Source: Marsupella aquatica
Lineage: Eukaryota > Plantae > Marchantiophyta
Reading direction: 5' to 3'
DNA length: 64,000 nt
Assembly (NCBI GenBank): GCA_973895155.1
Contig: OZ316892.1
Coordinates: 10,644,283-10,708,282 of the forward strand
A program made the translations under genes and the position numbers. This document shows positions 14,051 through 27,856 of the stretch, piece by piece (the stretch's first letter is position 1; each line of letters begins with the position of its first letter). The notes below the pieces were generated by a model. The model did not search any database and was not told the DNA's origin. It saw only the letters and a list, made by a program, of their open reading frames with translations.

Positions 14051-15912
14051 TGAATCAAAAAATACAGGTAAGACCAAATGGCAAATGATGGCACTGGCAA
14101 TTTTGTAGTGGAAAAGCGAAAAAAGTGAATGTTACTTTCCAAATCTCACTTGAATGGGGCTTACGCTTGGTAACTCATCCCCACTTGGGAATAATGAGCT
14201 GTAACCCTCTCGTGCTCACAGACCTCAGGGATTATATCCCATTACCCTCTCTTGGGGATGGGTTACCCAACACATGCGAAAGAAACCGTGCATAATCCAT
14301 GGGTGATGATGGGAAAGACAGGAGACAAACAATACCTTCCGTATCCTCTGGTTTGGTTTAATTTCAGTTTTAGTTTCAGACATTTTTAAATACATATCAT
14401 ACTAGGTACCAAAGAACCAAAACATGCTTAACCCAAGAAATGGACTCGGGGGCTCAGTCCAAGGGGTGTCCCATATCACGCGCAAAGTTTTGGGAGAATA
14501 AACACCCTAGTAAATAAATTTTTTGGGGGAATTTGATTAAAAAAACCCTCTGATTCTTATAATTCTCAAAATTGGATTAAAATATCACTAATGTTCTTCA
14601 AATTTTTTTTAAGTATCACTAAACTCAATAAAAAAACTCTATAGTTATTCGCGCGTGATGGGTCCGAAGAAAAGAAATGAGGACCCCCGGGAAATGGATC
14701 CCAGGACAAAGTGGGGGGGGGAGGGGAGGGGAGGTAAACCCCAATTCCAAAATTTGCAAATCATGATAGTATCGTTTCATCCCAGAAAAGAAAAATCATA
14801 TCGTAAGATGACTTCGCTCACTTATGCACTGAGTGACTCTCATCCTAGCTATGACGGAATTGTTTTCTACTCCATTCTTCTAAGATCTCTGTCTAGTGAA
14901 ATCTTGCACCTTCTCAGTCTATGTCTCTACTGTAGCTTCCAAAAGGGATATCTATACTTTGCAGTGAAGGCACCCATTGGAACCCCACCTCAACTTCGTT
15001 GCGCCCTTTATATAGGTGTTCCAACTTATTTCAAAAAATGAGGTAAACAAAAGGTAAGGTACTTTTTGAAATTAATAGTTGACTAGTGAAAAAGTTGTAC
15101 TTTAAAGTTGATTTTGTCTTTTCTTTGTTAGCAATCCATCCAAGAGCATGGCGGCTCACAAGTGGCTAGATTTTGTCTCCAGACTTCTTCCAAAAAGAAA
15201 CAATTGGAAAAAATAATGGCTGGCTAGTGTTAAAGTTGGATAGTTTATGGATCGCACCTCTCCTGTAATAATTCTACTAATCAAAGAAAAAAAGTAGATA
15301 TGTCCTTGATTTATATATATCACAATGCCAAAAAAACCAAAAAAATGTTAAACCAGTATACCAATCTGGATCTTAAAGGCATGACTTATGAAGGAGAAAA
15401 AACAAGGAAACCACCCAAGAAACCTCCATAAGTCCAAACAAGCCCAAGAGTCCCCAGCAATGGCAAATGAACAAAAGCCCTACTCAGCAGCAAACTGAAA
15501 AGCCTAGTCAATCTCTCGAGTAAACCGCACACGATATTGCACTGGAGGGCCACATAGAAGGAATTTCTGTACATCCAATTATTTAGCACCTTGGCCCTAA
15601 GGAGAATTCTGAAGTCAACACCTGAGTCCTCTCAAGTGCAATGGGTGCGGGTTGTATAAGGAAGGCCCAAGGAAGGCAGTAAGGACAGAAATTGGAGGAT
15701 AAAGTCTCCCTTCTACACCAAAGACTGCACATGCCCATGGGAGAGTATTATATTTCTTTGATATCTCATGGATATTAATTTCAGATATCTATCTTTAGTC
15801 TACGAGAATCCAATTTCCAGGTCCTCTTCTCTAAAATGTGTGGGCTGCCGATTGTTGTCTGATCTTCCTTTGCCCTAGATTCATACAATGTATTTCTTTG
15901 TTCAATTCTTAT

Positions 15913-16004
15913 AATCGAGGTAGTGTTAAGTGTTAGTAGTCTTAAGTGTTAAGACTACTAACACTACACTGAATCGAGGTAAAGTGTTAAGTGTTAGTAG
16001 TCTT
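15913..16004. repeat. Perfect 17-bp hairpin embedded in a ~30-bp direct duplication
   Basis: agtgttagtagtcttaa-gtg-ttaagactactaacact at 15929-15965. aatcgaggta..gtgttaagtgttagtagtctt occurs at 15913 and 15972. Confidence 0.9.
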
Positions 16005-16297
16005 CCTCAATGTGCAATTTCAGTACTCTTCCATAATTGCAGAGTTCAAGGACGACTTTGGCTTCAGGTTGCAGGTTTGTCATATAAGCTACGGTGATCC
16101 GATCAAGATGGACAGCAAGGCACGAGCTATGGAGACCGCGTTGAGAGGGCAAGGCACAATTCAACTAGCAACAGCAAGCACAAGGATTGGGGAACTCAAG
16201 GCTCTTACACATCATGATTGAGCAGCACCTAGCCAGACACCCCAGAGAGCGAGACGCGGGGGAGGACCCAACTAGCTAGTCATCATGCAGGAATACA

Positions 16298-17025
16298 AGT
16301 GACAGGCAGGGGGCAGGAAGAGTGCTCAGACAATCATCTGAATACTTGGAGTTAGTGTGATCAATATTGGGTATTTGGACCTCCCATTATAGCATGTTCA
16401 TCCTGGAACATCTTGTAATGATGTGCAAATGACTATTGCATAATATTTGATAGGATCCGGTGGGAATAAAACAACACATGCCAAATAAAAGTACATGTTA
16501 CATAATGACCAGGAAAATGCAAGTGCACAAGTCTGGAAAAATAGTGCACCTACTGATTCTCACTTGCTTTAATGACAAGAAATACCCTAAGCTTAACAAA
16601 TAAAGGTTTGAGGACTCAAAGCAAGAGGAGTCCACAACTCAAAGTATCAATTGTGTGTCTCATTCACTAGAATTGGCAGAATTCCTTAAAATCTGTTAAA
16701 GGGCTGGGGGTGAATACACTATATTGAAAACTAAATATAGTGGGAATGAGAGCTCTAGCATAGGAAAATAAAAAACACTTAGAGGGGGTGCCAAAGTACT
16801 TTAAAGTCTAAATTATACAGTGGTGTACCTTGTTAAGACACATTAATGTAAAAATATATGACAAGAATTCCTAGAAAGAGAAAACATTGAAGAGTGGATT
16901 GGCCATATAACAACGGTGTCAAAATCATATGACAGGCAGGGGGTGGGAACAGTGCTCACTCAATCATTTGGATACTTGGGGTTACTTTAAGAAAGAGTAA
17001 TCAGTATTGACTATTGGCCCATTGT
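16298..17025 (+). repeat. Pair of diverged ~90-bp direct repeats (16298-16390 and 16929-17025)
   Basis: tgacaggcaggggg..ggaa.agtgctca..caatcat.tg.atacttgg.gtta occurs twice. Confidence 0.65.
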
Positions 17026-20000
17026 AAGTTTATTAAAGTGATTATTTTTGTTAAAAACTCTGGCCATACTCGTGGCCATAGTCATGACTTGGATCCATGC
17101 TGATTTGAATTTGTGTGAGAAGAAGTAAACCACTCTCAATAATGTGACACAATGATCCAAAATCACCATGCGTGGACTCTCTATTAATGGACATTGTCCA
17201 ATGTAATGAAATGTACGAGGTGGAATCCTGGGTCAAATTTTAGGCTCACCCTCTAAGCCCTACAATGGCATGCATTTGGTCCCAAGTTCAATTGGTTGCA
17301 GATTTTCAGTGTATTTAAATATTCGCTCCCCCCTTAGCGAAATAAAAGTGAGAAATACGCTAATCTAAGTGTTAAACTTTAAGCATCAGACTCTTGAATA
17401 TTTGTTTATGTATGTGACATTTTTAAATATGCATGTCCCTGTAGAGATATGTTTTAGTTTAGGGAATCCAAAGTTTCTAATCTAGGCTTTTGTACAACAG
17501 AATGTCAACTTTTGAACGTCTAAGAAGAACATGTCAATATAGGTCAGACAGATCATTTCCCAGGTATAGAACCACACCAGAGAATATACTCCCTAACACG
17601 TTACATGCAGCAGATAGTTTACTGACAAAGTAGCTTTGTAAAGTAGCATTTGTAATAGGAATACACAACTTTGGTCTAAAGATACCCCAAAAAAGGGATT
17701 TTGAGCGTAGTCAACAAATCCATTGGACCAAACTTCCCCTTGTGCAATATTCGTGTTCGGCAATGTCCAAGGATACACAGTTCCTTTTGAGAATCCAGGG
17801 TCAATAAACCAACATGTTTTTGAGAATTTAGAGTTGAGTTTTTTGTCTTGCTGTTGACTGATTCTAAGTTGAGTCCCACTCAAACATCAAGGCTTTACTT
17901 GTGAATGATGGTAGAATGATGTCAATTGTCTTTTGTGTTTGTTCATTTGTTTAGAATGTATTTTTTACTCAAAACAAACAAAATAAAGTTGCTTCAACTT
18001 TAAACAACCTTCCCCTTCCCCAAATGGTATGAAAGAGCTTTTGGGACTATGGTATATCTAGATAAATATATCAGTAATTCTTCCAAAGAACTAAACATGT
18101 ACTATTATATACAAAAACAAAGTAAAGTAGCTTGTCTTGTAGTATTTCAGGCTCAAAGAGATTCAGATGTTAACAAGAACCCCGCTATGGAGATCATAGT
18201 GGGGTTTACAAGAGACATTCAATCTTGGAGGTAGACATCAAGTGAGAGAGTGTTTTGTTTTTGGCTGGGGTCACTTCCACGGAAGTGACACATCACATGC
18301 GACGAAATATAGGCCCATTTAAATGGGTGCGGCAGAAGACTTCCAAAGTTTGGTGAAAGAACACATAGAACATGTTTTATTGAATGGTTGACTTTCAAGA
18401 ACACATAGGCCTATTTGATTGTAAAAAATACTTTCTTTAAAGTTTTTAGGGGTTTTCTTAGTAAAAAATGACAAAAATTTAAAGAAAGAAAGGGTTTTGC
18501 CAAAACCAAATTCCACTTATAAGTTAGGGGGGTCAAACCCTAAAACGTCGCACGCGATGTATGACCCTCCATATAGTGAACCCCCCCCCCCCCCCTTCCG
18601 GTTTTTGGTAGGGCTCTCATTGTGTAACCCAGGTAAGTTTGTAGGATCGAGTGCATGCTTTGTTTGTGATGATTATAATTTGTATGGATTTGATTAGTTA
18701 TGATGTGGCCCAACGTCCTTTCAATTCAATTATTGAACCCCATCTTGACCCTTTCTTGAAGAGAACATTTTCTTCTTGGTTGCTAGACAAACTTGGCAAA
18801 GTTTACAAATTATTTGACAATCAATAGCAAGCTCAACTTTTTGACAACACTTGAAATACAGATTTGCCTTCTTCCACGTCAAGAATTGTGATGAGTAATG
18901 TTTTTGTGTGATAACCCAATATCAAACATTTATTTAGTTTCAAGATCTCACTTCTAGTTTATTGATTTGTGATCATTATTTCTGGATTAAAAAAAGCACA
19001 AAGTTCTAATTTGTAACATTCAGATATTCAGATCTGAATTTAGTGTACTACTTGACCAGAAAATTGGAGCTTAATTTTGTATTTGGCTTGTGCATGTTTT
19101 CTCAAATTTTGACAAATGGAAAAATTGCAAACATTAATATTGTATATAAGGAAACATGAATACTCTATCAACTAAGTAACTTTGCTACAAAGAAAGGCAT
19201 ATAAAAAGACTTTAGATTGAGAGTTATTCCTTTTGTTCTTGTTAGAAATAGCAATAGCAAAAGCAAGATTAGGTTAAAAAGTACAATTAGGTTAAAAATC
19301 AAGAAGATTACAAGTAAAGCCATTGTAGTGCACACACTTGCAAATGTCAAAATACTTCTTGATCCCAGTTGTAACTTTAAAATCAATTAAGTTACAAGTT
19401 AAGGCATTATCAATGATGCACAAGTTGGTTTAGGCACACAAGACATTTATGACGGAATATCTCCATACTAGCTAGCCACTTTAGCTTTTGATTTTGCAGT
19501 GTGGTGATTGAATCAATTTCCAGCCTATTGCAAAGAATGTTCCGAGTCAGTTTCAGACCACTTAGACCACTAGGCTCGGTGCATCGACACCTTAATATGT
19601 CAAGTTGTACATATATTGGGGCAAAGATGGTTGAGCTGAATAGTCTCAACTCAAAACTAAGCTCTGTAATTTCATGTGCTCACCTGTTCATTTGAGCTGT
19701 CAACACCCACTTATCCCCTTACTATTACAGACAGTTCCATTGGGAGCAGTTCTCCAACTCTGTCTCAGTATTTAAATTAATCCTTCAGCTGGAATGGCTA
19801 GGACAGATTATGGATAGAATTGAAACAAGGGGAACAAAGTCAAACTTAAGGGCTAGACAGATTATCGATAGAATTGAAACAAGGGAGAATGAAGTGGCAC
19901 ATAGCACGAGGCGCAATAAATCAGTAGGAAGGACATCTTCAACTTGGCAACAGTCCTGCCAAATTTGTTGCTCCGCATATGGTTCTAAGCCCGGTTGTAA

Positions 20001-21339
20001 GTTGACTAAATAAAGCTAGGGTCATAAATGTTTTAAACAATATTAGTACACTGAGAGTTCAATATCAGGAACCATTGATGTATGAAAGTGGTATCTCGCT
20101 GGTAAAGTTTTTGTAGTTTTCAAAACATCTTTCTCCATGCAATTTTCTGCTGGCACAGAAAAAGTTTCAAACTAGGGAGATGATTGACCCACAGATTCAT
20201 TAAATCTCTCCCTTTAAGCAGGATGGCACTGATGAGATTTGTGATCAACTTGGATGGAAGATATTGAAGCAGGCAGGCCAGCTCTTTCAACATCGAGATG
20301 CACAAAGCAATGAACTAGTCCCCGACAAGTAATCCTAACAGATTATGACATTGTATAGCCATTCGGTCAGCAGCACGTAAGCTTTCGCCAATTGTGTGGC
20401 ACGCAGGAGGACATGGGAGGCCCTCCAATAGACCGCGCGTTAAATCTACACCGCGTTAATGCTCCTCCATCTTGTTGGGACCCCGTACACTGCCCGTCCC
20501 AGTCCCCGATGTTGCTGCCCGTTCTGGACCGAGTTTGCCAGAACATAAACCAAAACTCTACCATATTGTCACATGCCGTCGACTTTGAGTTTATGCACCC
20601 TTCACTTGCTTTCGTCCGCTCCGGCCCAAGTCTCCATCACTGTTGCCTGCTCCAGCCCAAGTTTGCCACAACATAAACCAATACTCTATCATTTATCATG
20701 ACTCTCATGCAAAGTACCAGGCTTTGCCTGAAACAAAGATCCTAGCTGTGCATCCACAATTCTCGTACAGTGCACAGGTGATTACCCTCCGCTCTCCGTC
20801 CACTTTGGATTTCAGTGTTCGATGATTCCTAGAATGCCCAATTGACCATTCCACCCTAATAGAGCCCCAAATTGTCTGTTGAGCACTGAAACACCGGCCT
20901 TGCATTGGCCTCAACAATTCAACGTTTCCACCTCTTTTTTCTCAGTGAATGGGCCTCCCAAGTCGGTGAGAATCTCAAACTTCATAGTTGGTGACATTTG
21001 CCAAACTTTTGGCAACCATATTCATTATTGCCAATATTGAAGATTTATCTTATCTTTTAAGTTAATAAGAAGAAAAGATAACTAAAACAGTTAGTGCTGT
21101 ACAAAATTAACCTTTTCTTTTGTATTTGACTTACTGCATGGCAACCTAAGTATTACACAAAATTTGCCACAAACAAGATTTGGGCACTGTTTTTTTTTTT
21201 GCAAAACTGTTGTGTCCACTTTGCCGTTGTCTATGTTGATGTGGCATGTCCTCGTGCCAAGAAATTTGCAAGAGATCCCTAATGGGGGTCCAAAATTAAG
21301 TTAGAAGTTAAGTTATGGCGCACACATCCGTAAGGGTTG

Positions 21340-21560
21340 GTGTACTCTTTTAACCCAATTGTACTTTAAAATTGATAAGGTTACAAGTTATAACATTCTG
21401 ATGAACACATTCACAAGGGTCATGTACTATTAGATCCCAATTGTAACTTTAAAATTGATAAGGTTGCAAATCAGAACATTTTAGTGAACACATCGCTAAG
21501 GTTGGCGTAGTGTTTAACCCCAATTTTAGCTTGAAAATTGATAAGGTAAGATTGACATTT
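21340..21560 (+). repeat. Three degenerate ~80-bp tandem units; related unit at ~19360-19410
   Basis: cccaattgta(a)ctttaaaattgataaggtt.caa...acatt...tgaacacat repeated. Confidence 0.65.
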
Positions 21561-24231
21561 CAATAATCCCAACACAAATTTAACATCAACTGAACATAAT
21601 TTTTCATCACCATTTCTTTGATAATTAACAATGCACAAAGATGACCTAAATTTGACCTAAATTATGAATGAGGTTCGCTTATGGTTGGCTTAATTAACAT
21701 AAAGTTGAGGTATCTTCTTATTAGCTCTTTCTCATCCCAACACAATTTCAACTCATTTGGTGAAGTAATTAAGGTGAAGTCAATTTTTATCTTATTTTTA
21801 ACTCACTACTGGGAAGGCCTTTGAGCTCAAAGTAACTTCTAGCCACATATTCCCCTAGTTTTCTGTTTGTCTTAGAGCATTTTCAGCCCATTTGATTCAG
21901 TAAATAGAAAATGATAACTCCCATGGATTTGACTTGATTTTGGCCCTAGCTTAAGCTTAGTAGGCTTAGGAAACTTTCCTTTGAGTAAGTTTGGGGTACT
22001 TTCAAATTTGGGTACACTTTTGTTTTGAACTCTTAACTTTAAGCAATAATTCTCCTATGTTTCCTTCATCTCAAAAACAGTTCAGGACATTTGGTTTAGG
22101 AAGAAGTAATGAAGAATTGCACAGGTTCAGATTCATTTGGTTTCTTAATGTTGATTTAGATGGCTTAGTTAAAGTAGGCTTAGAGTGAAGTCTAAGATTT
22201 GTTTCTGACACATTTGGAATATCAATTTGCTTTTCACTCTCAATTTGGAGCTAAGGCTTGAGCTCAAACTTAAATTAAGTACCTATAGATTCCCCATCCT
22301 GTAGAGAATGAATTAGTATAGCTAAATAAATCTATTTATTATATTCTATGTATACATGTTAGCTAAATAAATAGATATACAATTATACAGATATCCGACT
22401 ATTCACACCGTTCCTCTGACAGTGCGATTGAAGATGAAACATAGCTCTCTAATTTGTGTTGTTTATTCTCCGCTGAACATATGTTTTATTGGGAACATGC
22501 AAGAATAGGAATAACTGAATAAATATTCGATTATACAGATCCGAGTGTTCACACCGTTCCTTGGAGATTCCGATTGGACATGAAACATTAGCTCTTCTGG
22601 TTTACGTTCTTTTATTTCAGATAATGATCTTGTCACTTATTCTGTAAACAGTGTCCTTCAACTGTTGATAACGTTCAAAGAAAACTACCAAATGATGGAA
22701 TGAACCTCCCTCTGCAGAAATAAAACTCGACTTAACAATTTGTGAAGTGCCCTGTTGCCTGTTTTTGAACTTCAGTTTAGAAGCTGGTCGAGGGAGACAT
22801 GACAGAGCCGGGGAAAAGACTTGCTGCTCACGGGACAAAGTACTGCTGCAAAATTCAGGGAGCGGGTAAACCAAGTTTATGTAGGTCACACACTTCTATT
22901 CTGACTACTTTACATGCAAGGAGACAAGGTGGAGAACTAACCTTGATTATTTTGAGGATCTGAAACTGGTAGAACACGGTTGTCCAGGATCGTAAAAATT
23001 CTGGATTATACGGAAACCATTTGCTATGAGAAACAAAAATAATCCAATGGAGGCTCTGCCAGTTATCTCAGTACATCCACTAGTCACAGCGTCAGCGCAT
23101 TTTGTTGCTGTACTGAACCTACAGGAAATCCAACCGTAGAGATGGAACGCAATAGCAAATGGAGCATGTTTCCTTAACTAAGCTCTCCATATTTGAGAAT
23201 TACAAAACCTGACACTTCTGGTAGAAGAAATGTAAATGTTGCCGACTGTACTGTTTGCTCCATTGAGACTCGTAACTCTGGTTTAGTTACCAAACATTGC
23301 TAAGTGTAGTGAAACCTGAGCTTGGGTGCCGTTCAAATCAGGTTTCTAAGAATGATAAAGCAAAGATGAAAGAACCGAGTCAGCAGAGCTGATAGACCCA
23401 TGAAAAGAGAACCGAAACAGCACTGACCAGAGACAAATTTTCACGTGTGGGCATCTCCCCAGTACAGTGTGCGCAACAAGAGACTCCATAGGTAGAAGGA
23501 AATAACACCCATGTACGCAAACTGTCGAGTTTGATACGATGCAAGTGAGAGCTAATCATTATGGTGGTGTTTGCTGTAACCCACCTTAGTAGATGTTGCG
23601 CAGTTTGGCCGATGTCGAGCTACTGCAGCAGAGGATGACGGTGGAGAGAACATGATACGCCGTTGTAAGGCAAACAGGTAGAAAGCTTAATGGAGACTCA
23701 TACTGGTGGAAAAAAATGTCCTTTATTTCATAACTTTTGACTACAATTTACAATTAGAAGTGCTTCTTAATGCTAGGGGTCTTTTCTCATGCGAGCTTAT
23801 TGTCCTCTGAGGAAGTGAGACCTGACCCTCTGTATTTTGTGATGCTCTGCTCTTGCCTCCAGGACAAACGGGTGTTGCGCCAGGTTACAGTGTATCCAAA
23901 GCACAAGTTTCTCTACTTATCAATCCATACAAAGGCTGTGGGCAACGAGCATCTTCACAATGAAGTGCTCTCATCAGTCATAGCAAGCCATGGTGACCAC
24001 TAAAGAGCGTAAGTGGGTCATTTGCTTGTTACAATTCCTCTCTTCAGGAGAGAGGAACCTCTTCATACTTTGGTAACTAAATATGATACATCAACTGTAG
24101 GACTTGGAAGGGCACTCTTTTGAAATATGCCCAAGGGTAAGAGAATAAACTCTCGACTCCTCTGTCCTGAAGGTTTCCAATACAGTTCTCCACAGCAAGA
24201 ACCGTTTACTAATTTTCTGCTTTACTCATAC

Positions 24232-26834
24232 CTAATATTCTCCAGTGTAGAATGATGGAGTCACAAGGGGGGACGAGTATACATCTACCGGAAATTGCCT
24301 AACCCTGTTTGAAAAATTGCTACTGGACGCCAAATCAAATGATTGGTCGGGTGTTACACCTGGTCTGAAGTTCACATTGTCTGCTGCTTGGAATGATTGC
24401 GAGGGAGTAGGGTACAACTCTGTATTTACGGGGTAATCAGACGACAATGAGTGGGCAGACTGGAAGGAGGGTATAGTGCGGCCTGAAGAAAAGGATGGCG
24501 TTGTCGGATGAGAATGGAGCGAGGGCAAGGTCCGGCCAGAAGAATACGAGGGCATCGTCTGACGAGAAGAAAAGTTCAGTCGATGTGGAGACTGGAGGGA
24601 GGACACCGTCTGGGGAGATAGGAGGGGAGACATTGTATGAGGAGAATGCAGGGAGGAAATTGTATCGACAGAGTGGAGGGAGGGCAATGTATTGGGAGAA
24701 TTCAGGGTGGTTATATTGTGGGCAGAATGGAGGGAAGAAATTGTATTGGGAGAATGGAGGGAGGATAGTGTGTTTGGGGAATGGTGAGAAATAATTGTAT
24801 TAGAAGGATGAAGCGAGGATAGGGCATTGGAGGCATGATGCGAGGGCATTGAATTGGGCGAGTGCAGGGAGGATATTGTGTTGGAAGGATGGTGGGAAGA
24901 TAAAGTCTTGGCAGAATGGAGAGAGGACAGAGGATTGGGAGAATGGAGGGAGGACACTGTATTAGGAGAATGGATGGAAGACAGTGTATTGGGGGAGTGG
25001 AAGGAGTGCATTGCACCAGGAGAATTAAGGGAAGGTACGTTATACGGCACCGTACTGATGGCAGCTGATTGAATCTCAATTGAACCACCGAAGTGCGCTC
25101 CAGGTTGGAAAGGCTCAAGTTGATAGGACTGCCCATTCATCCCACCTCCCGGGTCCTTAGCATCATCGTACATCGTCTCCTGATCTATGAGATATTTTCG
25201 ATATTTCTGAAACCAAGCATAGCATAATTTCAGCACGTGTAGAAAGACCTGTGTTAGCTAGTATCAATTATTATCAAGATCTTCTGGTAAAAGAAGCATT
25301 TCCCCAGAACCTTGAGGAGGGAAAGAAACTATCGCACCTGCAAATGACTTGCAACATTTTCTCGTGAGATGCCCTTCACATTCATTTTCTCCAGAATCTG
25401 CTTAGGTACAGCATCTGAAAATCCACCCAGAAGAACTCAGCGTGCAAAACCAATAACCAATCAAGCCATATTGCTGTCTCTGGCCATAAAAATATCTCGT
25501 GACATCCACATATTTTGAGAGAGGAAAGAGAACAAAGTCGAAGAAGTTCGGAAGGGTTGAGAAGTAATTACTGGCAGTTCCCAAGTGCTTCACTGCATCT
25601 ACGAACTGCTTGTGTAGAGTAGTAGTCCACACGAGTCGAGTTTTCTTCTTATTACCATTTACAAATTCAACTGGGTCATCCGTAGCCTCTTCCTTCCCCT
25701 TCCTTTTCCTGGAATTGTCCCTGTCACTTAGTAACTTTGACACTCTGCCGGTATCAGGGTCTATAAAATCACCATCCTTTGCAGCCTCTATCATTTCTCG
25801 TCTGCGGAAAACATGCTGCCATATTGTCCGTAGTCTTTGAAGACAAACGGGTTTGAGAAAATAATCACAGGCTCCGTTGGTGATACCTTTCATCACAACA
25901 TCTGTTTCATCGTCTGACGACATCACTGCATTGGAAAAATTAAATGTTAAGAGATCTTACAGAGCCTACTGACCCTAAACGGGAGCTGGGTATAAGAACA
26001 ACGTCACGAGACATTTTCAGCGAAGCTCACATCGAGAGTGATTTAAAGTTATCAAATTACCCCAGCGAAAAAATTTAGGACAGAACTTACTGATAACAGG
26101 TAACTCCCGCACTGGTACAAGAGCCTCCAGAAGCTTGAACCCGTCCATACCCGGCATGTGTACATCACAAAGTACGAGGTCAAAGGGGGTGCTTTTATCC
26201 TGCACTAATGACAGTGCCGTCACAGCAGAGTTGCACGTCGTGACTGCACAGAACGAAGAAAGATAAATTTCTAGATCGCAATGGGTCACACACAACATGA
26301 CATCGCTTTCCATCCACTCCTCCCACAATTACAATGAAATTATTGACGCCATAGAAACTTCAAATCAAGGAAGTAAACTGCTTTAAGCATAACTTGCAAT
26401 GCCCTACTGGGAAGATAATTTCAAATGGAAATGATTTAGACAATGCCCATACCAGTGTACTTGCATCGATTCAACATTTTCTCCAATACGGCCAAACATA
26501 CTCGATTGTCATCAACTACCAATACCTTCAATCCAACTGGGGAGAAAGCTTGAGCACCGCTACTCTGAGCTACATTTAGCTGTTCTCCGTCTATTTGGGC
26601 TCTCGCTTCTGGTAGCACAGCCGTTGAAGAACGATCAATCTCTATCACAGTTTCAGCCACATCATCTGGGAACCAACTATTCTGTCTCCCTGTTTCATTC
26701 CCAGGCACTGAAGCATAGTTTACATCTGTCCCTTCTTCACCCTCAGCCACTGGGGACCAGTTGATCTCCGTAGGTGGACTGATTTCCCCGCTAGAAATGA
26801 TTTCATCGAGTGGAATAATTTCCCCCTGCATCAT
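24232..26834 (-). CDS. Type-B response regulator (receiver + GARP/Myb SHAQKYF-class DNA-binding domain), ~646 aa; exons 26834-26453, 26243-26091, 25925-25572, 25414-25338, 25206-24232
   Basis: Spliced translation gives [12 protein letters not shown]...[20 protein letters not shown]...[10 protein letters not shown] (D-D-K triad intact) and [19 protein letters not shown]...[31 protein letters not shown]. All four introns are GT-AG, phases are consistent, and the total of 1941 nt is divisible by 3. The start ATG is inferred. Confidence 0.93.
24445..25035 (-). repeat. Coding 27-bp (9-aa) tandem repeat, consensus SSLHSPNT(L/I); ~17 clear + ~5 degenerate units
   Basis: Visible in the translation: [45 protein letters not shown] ... 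Confidence 0.9.
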
Positions 26835-27046
26835 CACAACAGCAGCACACCGCTGCAATTCTAACTGTTTCTGTACTGTGGATCGCCTCTCTTTATCAAA
26901 GGCATGGTAAGTCTTTTACAGTAAAAAGTCTCCCTACACGGCGGCACACCACTCGCATAGGATCGCTGAGGTTGAACCTATAGGAAAGACAATCCAGACA
27001 CCCATAACGTTGGTATCCCTCAGTATCAAACTCCGTCCGTCCGCAC

Positions 27047-27093
27047 GGAGAAAGAGAAAGAGAAAGAGAAGGAGAAGGAGAAGGAGAAGGAGA
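27047..27093. repeat. (GAGAAA/GAGAAG)n microsatellite in the probable 5' leader of the response regulator
   Basis: ggagaaagagaaagagaaagagaaggagaaggagaaggagaaggaga. Confidence 0.8.
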
Positions 27094-27856
27094 AACCGCA
27101 AGGGACACACGGGAAGAAACAGGTTGAGATTCTCAATTCTCTTACGTCGCTCGTTACACCACAATAACCAGTAGTCACGATGGCCGTAGAGACGATCAAG
27201 CGAACCGAAGGAGCCACCAATTCCGAAATTCCAGTGCGCCAAATTGAACGATCATCACCGAATGCTCGAAAGGCCCGTGCAAAGACAGACAGACACAATC
27301 TTCGTTTCCAAAGCTAAGATCTCTGTGCCAGGCGCGGACAACGGAATGCTTCAACCAAATGTACAGTACCAGCGACCGCAAACGCGACCTAAGATTTCTC
27401 GTCTACGGGAGCTCGAGACCAGACCACGCTTCGACCTAGTATCGGGCCGCCTTGAACCACACCCGAGTGCCTCCCTACTGCCAGAGCTACTCAAAACATT
27501 GCTGCGCGGAGCTGCCACAAAACGCTTCGCCCTACAACTACAGGGGCTGGGAGCGAAAGAAGGAATTGACGCATCAATCAAAGGAAAGCTGCGCTCCCAG
27601 AGAACGCGAGCAGCGATAGAGGAACGAGAGGAGGTAACGCTTCTGCTGCTTCAACACAAGAGAACCAACGAGAGGAGGTGATGCTACTTGAGTCCTAGAC
27701 TCCTACGGTAGGGCGTGTGACCCCATTAGTGTGACTCACAAAAATAGTGGAGGACGGGAGGATGGGCAACGACGTGTCTCTGTTTCTCTGGCCCATCCCC
27801 ACTTTACAGGTGAGAAACTAAATCAGGCCTGTGTTAAGTTTGCATTGGCCCCAGTA

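Noticed and set aside
27244-27681. 145-aa + strand ORF upstream of the response regulator
   Set aside because: No recognisable domain. It lies antisense to the probable GC-rich 5' leader/promoter.
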